Positions 17,987 to 27,197 of a stretch of DNA of 64,000 nt are shown in pieces. The DNA is taken from NCBI GenBank assembly GCA_050951545.1, contig JBMNJG010000004.1, positions 286,117-350,116 of the forward strand, written 5' to 3'. This DNA is from Limnochordia bacterium (lineage in GTDB: Bacteria; Bacillota; Limnochordia; DTU080). The notes beneath the pieces were generated by a model, which did no database searches, was not told the origin of the DNA, and saw only the letters and a list, made by a program, of their open reading frames with translations. Within the stretch, counting starts at the first letter, position 1; every line of letters starts with the position of its first letter. A program made the position numbers and the translations under genes.

Positions 17987-19813
17987 ATGGAGCTACGAAA
18001 TATCGCCATTATTGCTCATGTGGATCACGGCAAGACAACCCTGGTCGACGCCATTCTCAAGCAAACCGGGGTATTTCGCGCGGGCGAGACGGTAGAATCT
18101 CGCGTTCTAGATTCCGACGCCCTAGAGCGAGAGCGCGGCATAACCATTCTAGCCAAGAACACCGGGGTCTTTCATCGTGGAGTGAAGCTGAATATCGTGG
18201 ATACTCCGGGGCACGTGGATTTCGGCGGCGAAGTGCAGCGCGTCTTGGGTATGGTGGATGGCGCGTTGCTCGTGGTGGACGCAGCCGAAGGGCCATTGCC
18301 TCAGACGCGCTATGTACTGCAAAACGCCCTGGAACAGCGTCTGCGTTTGGTTCTGATGATCAACAAGATTGATCGCCAAGACGCTCGAGCTGAGAGTGTA
18401 CTGGATGCAGTTCTCGATCTATTCATCGCTTTGGGAGCTGACGAGGACCAGCTGGAGTTTCCGGTGATATATGGCTCTGCCAGAGCAGGTGTTGCTCATT
18501 CTGATCTACACACTGCACGAGCCAGCCTGGGAACGAATGCGGGTAGCATTCTACCGCTTCTTGACTGCCTGATTGATACCGTGCCACCTCCGTCAGGGCG
18601 AGCTGACCTGCCTCTACAGATGCAGATAGCTATGCTCGACTACGACGAGTATGTGGGACGAGTGGCCATAGGTCGAGTGCTAAATGGACTACTTCTGGCG
18701 TCCGAGCCTATAGCTGTAGGAAGACCTGGAGAGCAACCGTCCATCGCCAAGCTGTCGAACCTGTTTGCTTTCGAGCGCCTGCAGCGCGTTCCCATAGACA
18801 AAGCAATGGCCGGGGAGATTGTGGCCATTACTGGCATCGACGATATCCGTATTGGCGACACGATCGCCTCGGTCGAGGATCCGGTGTTTTTGCCCCTCTT
18901 GCGCGTTGATGAACCGACGCTGACAGTTGTCTTTCGCGTAAACGATAGCCCTATGGCTGGCCGGGATGGCCCGTACGTAACCTCCAGGCATCTGCGGGAT
19001 CGACTGTTCCGCCAAGGGCGGGTTGATCTGGCGTTGCGCGTAGCGGAGACAGGCAGTCCGGATGCTTTTAGGGTATCGGGCCGCGGGGAATTGCACATTG
19101 GCATCCTCATGGAGAACATGCGCCGAGAAGGCTACGAGTTCTCAGTCTCGAAGCCGGAGGCGATCATGCGAGAGATAGGCGGAGAGCTCTGCGAACCCCT
19201 TGAAGACTTGAGTGTGGAGGTGCCGCAGGAGTATTTGGGTGTCGTCATTGAGCATCTTGGTGAGCGCAGGGGCGAGATGGTCAATGTGTCACAGCTTCCT
19301 AACGGTAATGCCAGACTGGAGTTTGTAGTACCCGCCAGAGGGCTTGTCGGTTTTGCCTCTGAACTACTTACGGCGACCAGAGGCTACGGCATCATGTACC
19401 ATTCCTTCCATGGGTATGGTCCATTCAAGGGAGCCATTCCCGGCAGGCAGAACGGTAGCATGGTAGCCTGGGAGGCAGGCGAGGTAACCGCTTACGCCTT
19501 GGAAAATGCCCAAGAACGCGGTGTCCTTTTTGTGTCGCCCGGAGAGAGGGTCTACGAAGGCATGGTCGTCGGAGCCCATGCCCGGACTCAGGATCTGGAT
19601 ATCAACGTGTGTAAGAAAAAGCATGTGACCAACATGAGAGCTAGCACCTCAGACATCGCGATCAAGCTAGAGCCAGTGAAGAAGTTTAGCCTCGAACAGG
19701 CCCTCTCGTATCTGGGCGATGATGAATGGCTCGAAGTAACGCCGAAGGCGCTTCGCCTGCGCAAGTCTGTGCTCCCTCGCTCCGCAAGATCCCGGTCACA
19801 CTCATCCAGTTAA
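17987..19813 (+). CDS. typA: Translational GTPase TypA/BipA
   Basis: [48 protein letters not shown]. Confidence 0.97.
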   Translation: MELRNIAIIAHVDHGKTTLVDAILKQTGVFRAGETVESRVLDSDALERERGITILAKNTGVFHRGVKLNIVDTPGHVDFGGEVQRVLGMVDGALLVVDAAEGPLPQTRYVLQNALEQRLRLVLMINKIDRQDARAESVLDAVLDLFIALGADEDQLEFPVIYGSARAGVAHSDLHTARASLGTNAGSILPLLDCLIDTVPPPSGRADLPLQMQIAMLDYDEYVGRVAIGRVLNGLLLASEPIAVGRPGEQPSIAKLSNLFAFERLQRVPIDKAMAGEIVAITGIDDIRIGDTIASVEDPVFLPLLRVDEPTLTVVFRVNDSPMAGRDGPYVTSRHLRDRLFRQGRVDLALRVAETGSPDAFRVSGRGELHIGILMENMRREGYEFSVSKPEAIMREIGGELCEPLEDLSVEVPQEYLGVVIEHLGERRGEMVNVSQLPNGNARLEFVVPARGLVGFASELLTATRGYGIMYHSFHGYGPFKGAIPGRQNGSMVAWEAGEVTAYALENAQERGVLFVSPGERVYEGMVVGAHARTQDLDINVCKKKHVTNMRASTSDIAIKLEPVKKFSLEQALSYLGDDEWLEVTPKALRLRKSVLPRSARSRSHSSS

Positions 19814-19917
19814 CACATCTGGAAGCTCTGCCAGGCAGGAAATTCGTGGTCGATCCCTAAAGCATATCCTTGAAGCGACTATCAGCGCAAAGAGGATCTG
19901 AAAAGGGGAGGATTTCA

Positions 19918-20685
19918 GTGGCGACCCAACTGGCGGCCCAGCTCTACACGATCAGGCAGTTCATGAAGACACCAGAGGAAATGGCGGTCTCTCTTAAGAA
20001 AATCCGTGACATGGGATGGCAGGCAGTGCAGCTTTCCGGGCACGGGCCCATTGCTCCCCAGAAATTACGTCAGCTGCTAGACGATGCCGAGTTGAAAGTG
20101 TGTGCCACGCATACTGGTTTTGAGCGGATGCGAGACCAGATGGAGGACGTGATGGAGGAGCACCGCGTCCTGGGTTGCCAGAACCTGGCGATCGGGGGTC
20201 TGCCTGCCAAGTACAGGGAGAGCGGGGCAGCTGGTTATGCGCATTTTGCTCAAGAAGCGTCGCAAGTGGCGGCAAAGCTTGCAGTGAACGGTTTCACCTG
20301 GAGCTACCACAATCACAGTTTTGAGTTAGAGAAGTTCGACGGGCGTAGCGCCTTGGCCATCCTCTATGAAGAAAGCGATCCAAAGTGCTTTCTGGGCGAG
20401 ATTGACACTTACTGGATTCAGCACGGTGGTGGGGATCCTGCTCAGTGGATTCTCGACCTGAAGGGGCGCATCAAGCTTCTACATCTGAAGGACATGGGTG
20501 TCCTCAACCGGCAACCAGTCATGGCAGAGATTGGTGAAGGCAACCTCAACTGGCCGCGCATACTCTCGGCTGCCGCGGAATCTGGTGTAGAGTGGTACAT
20601 CGTGGAGCAGGATGTCTGTCAGCGCGATCCGTTCGAAAGCCTGGCTATCAGTTTGCGTAACCTGAAGGCCATGGGGCTTCAATAG
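19918..20685 (+). CDS. Sugar phosphate isomerase/epimerase (AP-endonuclease-2 TIM barrel)
   Basis: QLYTIR, YHNH..E, EIDTYW, HLKD, VEQD. Confidence 0.88.
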   Translation: MATQLAAQLYTIRQFMKTPEEMAVSLKKIRDMGWQAVQLSGHGPIAPQKLRQLLDDAELKVCATHTGFERMRDQMEDVMEEHRVLGCQNLAIGGLPAKYRESGAAGYAHFAQEASQVAAKLAVNGFTWSYHNHSFELEKFDGRSALAILYEESDPKCFLGEIDTYWIQHGGGDPAQWILDLKGRIKLLHLKDMGVLNRQPVMAEIGEGNLNWPRILSAAAESGVEWYIVEQDVCQRDPFESLAISLRNLKAMGLQ

Positions 20686-20693
20686 CTTCCCAG

Positions 20694-20721
20694 GGCCCAG
20701 TTGGCTGACGCCAACTGGGCC
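20694..20721. terminator. 12-bp perfect stem-loop after the isomerase gene
   Basis: GGCCCAGTTGGC-TGAC-GCCAACTGGGCC; no clear U-tract. Confidence 0.5.
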
Positions 20722-20769
20722 GCATGAAACCCAGCAGCTGGGTGCAAAGCATGCCGGTGCATACCAGAG

Positions 20770-21051
20770 GTGTTAGGCGCCATGAGTCCACATGTGCAGG
20801 ACATTCTGGCTGTCGAATCGGAAATCCGAAGAACGAAGCCCATCGCGGCATGTGTTCCGGTGCTAGCGCTGCTGTTAAGCTTGCTGCTCACCATATCGCC
20901 ATCGGTTTTCGCTCACGTGGTCCGCCTGAACTGTATGAAGCGGATAGAAGAGCAGTTGCTGCTGCGCAAGTATGGCGACCTCAGGATGTTTCGCCATCTG
21001 TTTGATGCAGTCCACACCCAAGAGAGTGTCTGCGGTTCTGGAGGCGAGTAG
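20770..21051 (+). CDS. Small hypothetical membrane protein
   Basis: One hydrophobic helix; stop abuts the MscS ATG. Confidence 0.45.
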   Translation: MLGAMSPHVQDILAVESEIRRTKPIAACVPVLALLLSLLLTISPSVFAHVVRLNCMKRIEEQLLLRKYGDLRMFRHLFDAVHTQESVCGSGGE

Positions 21052-21645
21052 ATGCCCGAGCTAGGTTTGTCGAACGAGTTGCTCCAACAGACAGTCGGTT
21101 ACGTGGCACGGATACCTGGCGCACTTATCACACTAGCGGCCACGTATATCATGATCAGATTGATGAAGCGGGTCTTGGCCGCAGCCGCGAATGTCGCCCA
21201 CTTAGAGCCTACTGCGAGGTCGCTGCTATCTTCGAGTGTTGGTTTCATCGGCTGGGTTATCGGTATCTCAGCCACGCTAAATGCACTGGGCCTAACCCAA
21301 GTTTCACTAGCCCTGGGAGGTTCAGTGGCCCTAGTCGCCATGGCCCTAGCCACGGGGCTCAACACTGTGTCGCAGGATCTTCTGGCAGGTATCTACCTAC
21401 TAGCTGACGACGATTTCGCCATTGGAGCCAAGGTGCGCACTACTGGTGTTGAAGGCGAGATCATCCGCCTGTCTATGCGCAAGACGAAGGTGCGAGACAA
21501 GGATGGCCTTATCCATGCCATACCCAACCGCAACATTGATGCAGCCACTTACACAATCGTTTCTGCGGCACCACGCATGGTTCGAGGCAAGGGCAATGAA
21601 GAAGAGGAAGAGGTTCATGTAGAAGCTGCAAGCTCTGGGAGGTAG
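21052..21645 (+). CDS. Small-conductance mechanosensitive channel (MscS family, short)
   Basis: TM helices then QDLLAGIYLL....F.IG.....G.EG.I..L..R.T......G....IPN. Confidence 0.85.
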   Translation: MPELGLSNELLQQTVGYVARIPGALITLAATYIMIRLMKRVLAAAANVAHLEPTARSLLSSSVGFIGWVIGISATLNALGLTQVSLALGGSVALVAMALATGLNTVSQDLLAGIYLLADDDFAIGAKVRTTGVEGEIIRLSMRKTKVRDKDGLIHAIPNRNIDAATYTIVSAAPRMVRGKGNEEEEEVHVEAASSGR

Positions 21646-21649
21646 CAGT

Positions 21650-22798
21650 GTGTGGGTCCATTCGTTCGTCCCGAGGTTGCAGGTAGGCGAAGGCGCACTA
21701 TCTCGTCTAGGCGAGCAGGCACGCTCGTTGGGCCGCCACGCTGCCCTGATAGGCGGGCGACATACCCTCGCCAGCGGTGTGGCTGATCAAGCGCGGATGA
21801 GCCTGCGGGCAGCTGGGATCGAAACAGTGATCATTGAGGGTCCTTCCGGAGAACCCTCGTTAGCTGAATGTGCACGCGGGTTGGCCCAGGCCCGGGAAGC
21901 CTCGTGCGCGTTAGTGGTAGGCATTGGCGGCGGCAGCGTACTAGACATGGCGAAGTGTATCGCAGGTTTGTTTCATCTCGCCGGTAAGCCCGAGGCGGTG
22001 GTAAGCGGAGCCCTCTATGAAGGGCTCAGTGATACGCGAGCCCTACCATGGATTGCCGTCCCAACCACCGCTGGAACAGGTTCAGAGGCGACTCATGTAG
22101 CCGTGCTGAGCGATCCCGCAAGAGGTGTAAAGCAGAGCATGCGCTGCAACCTGTGGTATGCGCAGGCCGTTCTGATTGATCCGGAACTCTATACCACTGC
22201 TCCCTCACACGTGACAGCCGCCTCTGGCATGGATGCCTTGACCCAGGCTATAGAGTCTCACGTATCCCGTGGCGCCACTCCTATTACGCAAGCTCTCTCT
22301 CGTCAGGCAACCCGCCTTCTGGCAATGAACCTGCTGACAGCCTATCACGACGGGAAGGACATCGAGGCTCGCCGAGCTACAGCTTTGGGCAGCTTTCTCG
22401 CTGGTGTCGCCCTGACAAATGCGAGGCTGGGTCTCGTGCATGGTCTCGCGCATCCGTTAGGAATTCGCTACGGGCTCGCTCACGGGCTGACTTGCGCGGT
22501 CTTGTTGCCGCACGTGATGCGCTTCAACCTGGCGACCGCAAGACGTGGTTACGCCGAACTTGCCGCAGCCATTGGCTTGACCGATCAGGGCGATTCATCT
22601 GCAGCGGAGCGTCTGCTCTCTTTCATAGAGCAGCTCAACGCCAAGCTGGGAATTCCCAGCACCCTGCAGACTGCTGGCATGGCTTCTGAGCACATACCAG
22701 CCCTGGCTGCAGTGGCTCTGCCCTCTGGTTCGACCAAGGCCAATCCCCGGCCCGTAAGCCGGCCTGAGGTCGAGGAGATGCTAACCAAGCTCTTGTGA
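21650..22798 (+). CDS. Iron-containing alcohol dehydrogenase
   Basis: GGGSVLD.AK, PTTAGTGSE.T, DALTQAIES, HGLAH..G....HG. Confidence 0.92.
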   Translation: MWVHSFVPRLQVGEGALSRLGEQARSLGRHAALIGGRHTLASGVADQARMSLRAAGIETVIIEGPSGEPSLAECARGLAQAREASCALVVGIGGGSVLDMAKCIAGLFHLAGKPEAVVSGALYEGLSDTRALPWIAVPTTAGTGSEATHVAVLSDPARGVKQSMRCNLWYAQAVLIDPELYTTAPSHVTAASGMDALTQAIESHVSRGATPITQALSRQATRLLAMNLLTAYHDGKDIEARRATALGSFLAGVALTNARLGLVHGLAHPLGIRYGLAHGLTCAVLLPHVMRFNLATARRGYAELAAAIGLTDQGDSSAAERLLSFIEQLNAKLGIPSTLQTAGMASEHIPALAAVALPSGSTKANPRPVSRPEVEEMLTKLL

Positions 22799-22825
22799 GT
22801 GCTTTCACGATGAGGAGCGGCCCCC

Positions 22826-25800
22826 ATGGCGAATCTGATACCCAGCATGACCTCACACCAGACAGAGATAAGCGTGCAGGCACACCCTATGATGCTTGTG
22901 TTGCTCGTTCTGCTCATGGCTTCAGCGCCCACGCAGGCTATGATCGGGAGTTCTCCCATTCTCGCGCCAGTTGCACCACCTCCGGCTTTGCCCGCCCACG
23001 GGTGGCTCACTCTAGAGAGCCCACATTTTCTGGTTCACTTTCCCCCGGGGCACGAGCATATCGCTCGTCGAATTGCCTTGGCAGCGGAAAACGCACACCG
23101 CAACCTGGTACCCAAGATGCAGTACCTACCAGAGGAAAAGACTCATATCGTTGTAGCAGATATCTCGGATGCCGCGAATGCTTTCACCCGGGTGACACCA
23201 TATAACCACATTCTGGTCTATCCCGTACCGCCGGATACTGTCGGCTATGACACGGGGCTATCTCCAACACATCAGGACTGGTTTGCTCAACTGATGCTTC
23301 ATGAGTACGCGCATGTGCTTCAACTCGACATGCATGCAGGCAATGCCTCCTATGCGCGCAGGCTCTTTGGAAAGGTGCCCTGGGCCAGCACACCGAATAG
23401 CTCGCTTGGCTACGCACTCTTGGAGGGCCATGCTGTCTTCGCAGAGGGGCTAACAGGAACTGGTCGCGGTGATGGAGCTTTCTATGATATGTTCCTGCGA
23501 GCAGCCGTTCTGGATGATGTCCTTCCATCATGGGATCAGGTGATCGGCAACTACAATCTGACTGGCTGGAATCCTGGTCCTGCGGTGTACCTATATGGAT
23601 ACTCATTCCTTGATTATGTCGCCCGAACCTATGGGGAAGAGCGCCTTGGCGAGGTCTATCGTCTGCATAGCGGGCAACCTCTAGGCACCAACGGGGCTAT
23701 CAGCAGGGTTCTGCAGATTCCCTTCGACGATCTGTGGGAAGGCTGGCAAGAGGATCTCCTAGACCGCTACTCACAGCAGCGAGAGGCGCTTGGGCCTGTC
23801 ACCCAGACGCAGACGGTGGATACCATTGGGGACATGGTCCTGTGGCCTACGTGGAGCCCCGACGGCGAAAAGATTGTATACGGCTCGAGTGGCAACGTGC
23901 TCCCATCATTGCGGCTACGCCAGGTGGTCGATGGTCAGCCGAAGAAGGATTCCCAGGATCGCAGGTTGACGAACGGCCAAATCGAGCGCTCGGGCGGCTT
24001 TTCCTGGACCCCTGATGCGCAAGAAGTGGTCTACGGTAAGATGGATTACCGTCAAGGGAGCCTGACAAGCGATCTCTATATGCTGCACTTGCAGTCTGGC
24101 AAGCAGAGGCGACTGACGCACGGTTACCGAGCGTACGCCCCTAGCGTATCGCCCAACGGGGAGTGGGTCGCTTTTATTGCCCGCCGTGAAGACAAATCAC
24201 GGATTCTGCTAGCTGCTCTTGACGATGTTTCGCCTATGGTGTTGTGGAGTCCAGAGACTGATGAACGCTCCAGCAACCAACCCGTGCAGGCACTCTCACT
24301 TGCCTGGTCTCCCAGCGGCGATGCGCTTGCCTTTGTCGGGCGTGGATACTCTGGCGAGGTGGACCTTTTTCTCATGCCCCTTGCAGGCCAAGACGTACCT
24401 GTCCCTACCGAGGCTCCGATTAGGCTTACACACGACATGGCGGCAAAGCTCGACCCTGCCTGGTCACCCGACGGACGCTACCTGTTTTTTTCCTCGGATC
24501 GTTCAGGGATCTATAACATCCATGCCTACGATATGCACAGCTGCAGCCAGTATCAGGTCACTCGAGCTCTCTACGGCGTTTTCGCACCTTCTGTCTCTCC
24601 TGATGGCACCACTTTGCTGCTTTCCTCGTACTCCTCCGAGGGTTATCAGCTTGCGACGCTGGCCCTGGCACCCGAGGAATGGGAGTTATGTCCCGAACCA
24701 ACTGAGCCCGCTGAGCCCGCTGAGCCAGCTGAGCCCCAGATCTTTGCACAAGAGGAGATCGGCGAACAGGTGATCCGTTTGCCATCTGATGACACTGCAG
24801 TCTGGTCGTTCGTCCCCAGAAGGCAGCTGGAAAAGGCAGAGGGACAACCGTGGGAGCGCGATGTAGCACAACCACTCGATCCACATGATTTCGTGGTACG
24901 CCGCTACAGGGCTATCGATAGCCTCTCGCCGCGTTACTGGCTTCCCGTGTGGGGAGGAGCAGAGGGCAGATGGGTAACCGGTGGCTCTACGTCAAGCGTT
25001 GATGCGCTTGGGCAGCACGCTTACGCAGTAGCAGCATCTTTCGGTGGCGACCGAGCCGCCTATCGTGCCGAGTATGAGTTCCGATCGGGTCCGCTGGGAA
25101 GCGGCCCTGTCTTAGGCTTTAGTCTTTCCGGAAGCCCTCCCTCCAACACAGGCATCAGCCCCGAGCAAGGGCTGGCAACTCGGGCATCAGTCCCGCAGAG
25201 AGCGATCTCACCAGTACCGTTTCTTCGGAGCGATGGTGAGGTAACTGAGTCGCAGGCAGATACCGCAGGGGAACTCTACGTCTCTTGGCAGAAGCCTGGG
25301 GTCCTCTTCTCGAGCCGCGGAGTGACCTGGGTTAGCGTTCACAAAGGTGAGGAGGTTCAGTCAGAGCTGGGAGTAGGAGTCAGTTTCCAGAGCCTGGGCG
25401 GCAACGGCCACCTCCGGCGCGTGGGGGACCTTCGCCTCTACGGGGTGCAGGCCTTGACATGTCGGAATACAGCAGCCGGCCTATCGTGGTCTGTGAACCA
25501 GGCAATGTCTAGACGTTTGCGCGTATCGATGGATCTCAGCGTAGTAGCGGGTACGGCAAAAGACAGCTTCTCCTTGGGTGGCACTCAGAGAGGTTTGGCT
25601 GTGCGCGGCCTTCCCGTAGGCTATGCCAAGGGTCAAGGCGCTGGAACAGTGAGTCTCGAAGCTGAATATATGGCCTTTCCTATCCAGCGCGGTGCTCAAG
25701 ACAGCCCACTTTTCCTCGACGGGGTATCATGGGCTCTTTTCTGTGACGGCGGAGTTGCAGGGAACCGAGCGGCGCCCTTCAAGAAGGTCGCCACTGCAGG

Positions 25801-25930
25801 GGTGGAAGCGCGGGCGACAGGGACGCTAGGCTACGGACTGACCAGAGGCGATCTGCGTCTTGGAGTGGCACGCGCTCTTGACGGGGCGCAGCCGTGGCGC
25901 GTCTACTGGGGGATTGGATCAGGTTTCTGA
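22826..25930 (+). CDS. Metallopeptidase (HEXXH) - TolB/PD40 propeller - Omp85/BamA-type beta-barrel protein
   Basis: Signal peptide; HEYAH...EG; repeated WSPDG/SPDG; C-terminal strands ending RVYWGIGSGF. Confidence 0.8.
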   Translation: MANLIPSMTSHQTEISVQAHPMMLVLLVLLMASAPTQAMIGSSPILAPVAPPPALPAHGWLTLESPHFLVHFPPGHEHIARRIALAAENAHRNLVPKMQYLPEEKTHIVVADISDAANAFTRVTPYNHILVYPVPPDTVGYDTGLSPTHQDWFAQLMLHEYAHVLQLDMHAGNASYARRLFGKVPWASTPNSSLGYALLEGHAVFAEGLTGTGRGDGAFYDMFLRAAVLDDVLPSWDQVIGNYNLTGWNPGPAVYLYGYSFLDYVARTYGEERLGEVYRLHSGQPLGTNGAISRVLQIPFDDLWEGWQEDLLDRYSQQREALGPVTQTQTVDTIGDMVLWPTWSPDGEKIVYGSSGNVLPSLRLRQVVDGQPKKDSQDRRLTNGQIERSGGFSWTPDAQEVVYGKMDYRQGSLTSDLYMLHLQSGKQRRLTHGYRAYAPSVSPNGEWVAFIARREDKSRILLAALDDVSPMVLWSPETDERSSNQPVQALSLAWSPSGDALAFVGRGYSGEVDLFLMPLAGQDVPVPTEAPIRLTHDMAAKLDPAWSPDGRYLFFSSDRSGIYNIHAYDMHSCSQYQVTRALYGVFAPSVSPDGTTLLLSSYSSEGYQLATLALAPEEWELCPEPTEPAEPAEPAEPQIFAQEEIGEQVIRLPSDDTAVWSFVPRRQLEKAEGQPWERDVAQPLDPHDFVVRRYRAIDSLSPRYWLPVWGGAEGRWVTGGSTSSVDALGQHAYAVAASFGGDRAAYRAEYEFRSGPLGSGPVLGFSLSGSPPSNTGISPEQGLATRASVPQRAISPVPFLRSDGEVTESQADTAGELYVSWQKPGVLFSSRGVTWVSVHKGEEVQSELGVGVSFQSLGGNGHLRRVGDLRLYGVQALTCRNTAAGLSWSVNQAMSRRLRVSMDLSVVAGTAKDSFSLGGTQRGLAVRGLPVGYAKGQGAGTVSLEAEYMAFPIQRGAQDSPLFLDGVSWALFCDGGVAGNRAAPFKKVATAGVEARATGTLGYGLTRGDLRLGVARALDGAQPWRVYWGIGSGF
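24702..24737 (+). repeat. 4x 9-bp in-frame tandem repeat (EPA linker)
   Basis: CTGAGCCCG x2, CTGAGCCAG, CTGAGCCCC. Confidence 0.85.
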
Positions 25931-26117
25931 GGAGTACGGGTGACGGCAGTCAACCACGCACGCGGCAGTCCCGTCCATATTCGCTCACAACGCCACTTCC
26001 TTTTCTAGAGAGAGCCGCACATGGTCGCCCGACCCTACAGGCGGCGGCTTGCCACAAACTGTGAAAACGAGAGTCGCTCATGCCGATGCCGCAGCGTAGA
26101 AGGTTTTTCGGAGGAGC
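25931..26117 (+). repeat. Dispersed composite repeat (degenerate module A + module B)
   Basis: 26012-26117 aligns with 46853-46958; 25975-26010 resembles module A. Confidence 0.8.
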
Positions 26118-26210
26118 ATCTTGGGACACATGACAATGGGCTTCGGGGGAGGATCATGTTAGAATGCGCTCTGGTAATAGCCGGCAAAAAGGTGCTGTGG
26201 AGGTCCGAGG

Positions 26211-26624
26211 ATGAGGTGTCCACAGTGCCAACGTGAGAATCAGTTTCCGGTACCAGGACTCTGTCCGGACTGCTATAGGCAGTGGAAGGAAAAGATGCGA
26301 GCACGCTATGGACCGGGCCCCTGGCCCCATCAGCCTACGTGTTTCCCAAGCAGTGGCCTGGTGTCCGAGGAAATAGATGCAGCCGTTTTACAGGAAGAAC
26401 GACCTCTGGCGGAGAATGACGCCATTGGCGCGGTAAAGCGTCGTGTCCAGGCCGTTCTGACGCAGCTTGAAACAACAGAGCAAGATAACCTAGAATTCCT
26501 TGAGCAGTTAGACTGGGTCTTGAGAAAGGTTGTCCAGATGGTGGTATGCTCTGTGGCAGAGCCTGACAGCCACTGTGCGCAATCTGACGACAGAACATAC
26601 TACCCACGCTCCACAAACCTGTGA
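26211..26624 (+). CDS. Hypothetical protein with N-terminal CxxC..CxxC zinc ribbon
   Basis: MRCPQC...LCPDC; SD GGAGG upstream. Confidence 0.6.
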   Translation: MRCPQCQRENQFPVPGLCPDCYRQWKEKMRARYGPGPWPHQPTCFPSSGLVSEEIDAAVLQEERPLAENDAIGAVKRRVQAVLTQLETTEQDNLEFLEQLDWVLRKVVQMVVCSVAEPDSHCAQSDDRTYYPRSTNL

Positions 26625-26705
26625 AGCACTGGAGAGTCGCTCTCGGCAACAACAGCCCCCGCGACCGATCGTAGGTGAGGCGCGGGGCTTTATCGCGGCA
26701 CCGAA

Positions 26706-26723
26706 TTGTGAAAAAGATCACAA
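26706..26723. promoter_or_regulatory. Rex operator TTGTGAAAAAGATCACAA
   Basis: One mismatch to TTGTGAA-N4-TTCACAA; directly upstream of the hydrogenase operon. Confidence 0.8.
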
Positions 26724-26747
26724 TCTCAGAGTTGAGGAGGCTACAGG

Positions 26748-27197
26748 ATGAGTGTCCAGTTGGATATGAAGGCCGCTGAACGGCGAGCGCCCCTTATCGC
26801 TAAGCTGCACGCGGTTCAGGAAGAGGAGGGATATCTCCCTGCAGAGCGCATCGCAGAGGTGGCCACCGAGACGGGTCTATCACCCGCACAGGTAATGGGT
26901 GTAGCTACTTTCTACAACCATTTTCGCCTTCGTCCTCCGGGAAAGCACACGATCAAGGTATGTGATGGAACGGCCTGCCATGTCAAGGGAGCAGGTAATC
27001 TCCTGGAGCGAATTCAGACCGAGTTAGGTGTGGAGCCGGGGGAATCCACGGAGGATGGCATGTTTTCCCTGCAGGTAGTGGCTTGCCTGGGAGCTTGCAG
27101 TATGGCCCCAGCTATTGTCATTGATGATACTGTACATGGTCGAGTCACGCCCAGGGAACTGAGGCGCATTCTTAACTCGTATCGGAGGCGGCGGTAA
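26748..27197 (+). CDS. hydC: [FeFe]-hydrogenase NuoE-like [2Fe-2S] subunit (HydC)
   Basis: GVATFY, CDGTAC.VKG, CLGAC..AP. Confidence 0.9.
   Translation: MSVQLDMKAAERRAPLIAKLHAVQEEEGYLPAERIAEVATETGLSPAQVMGVATFYNHFRLRPPGKHTIKVCDGTACHVKGAGNLLERIQTELGVEPGESTEDGMFSLQVVACLGACSMAPAIVIDDTVHGRVTPRELRRILNSYRRRR

Noticed and set aside
24702-24737. 9-bp repeat as a phase-variation tract
   Set aside because: Unit length is a multiple of three; it only changes linker length.
26021-26236. 71-aa ORF as an ordinary gene
   Set aside because: It is largely a translation of repeat module B; kept only as a speculative finding.
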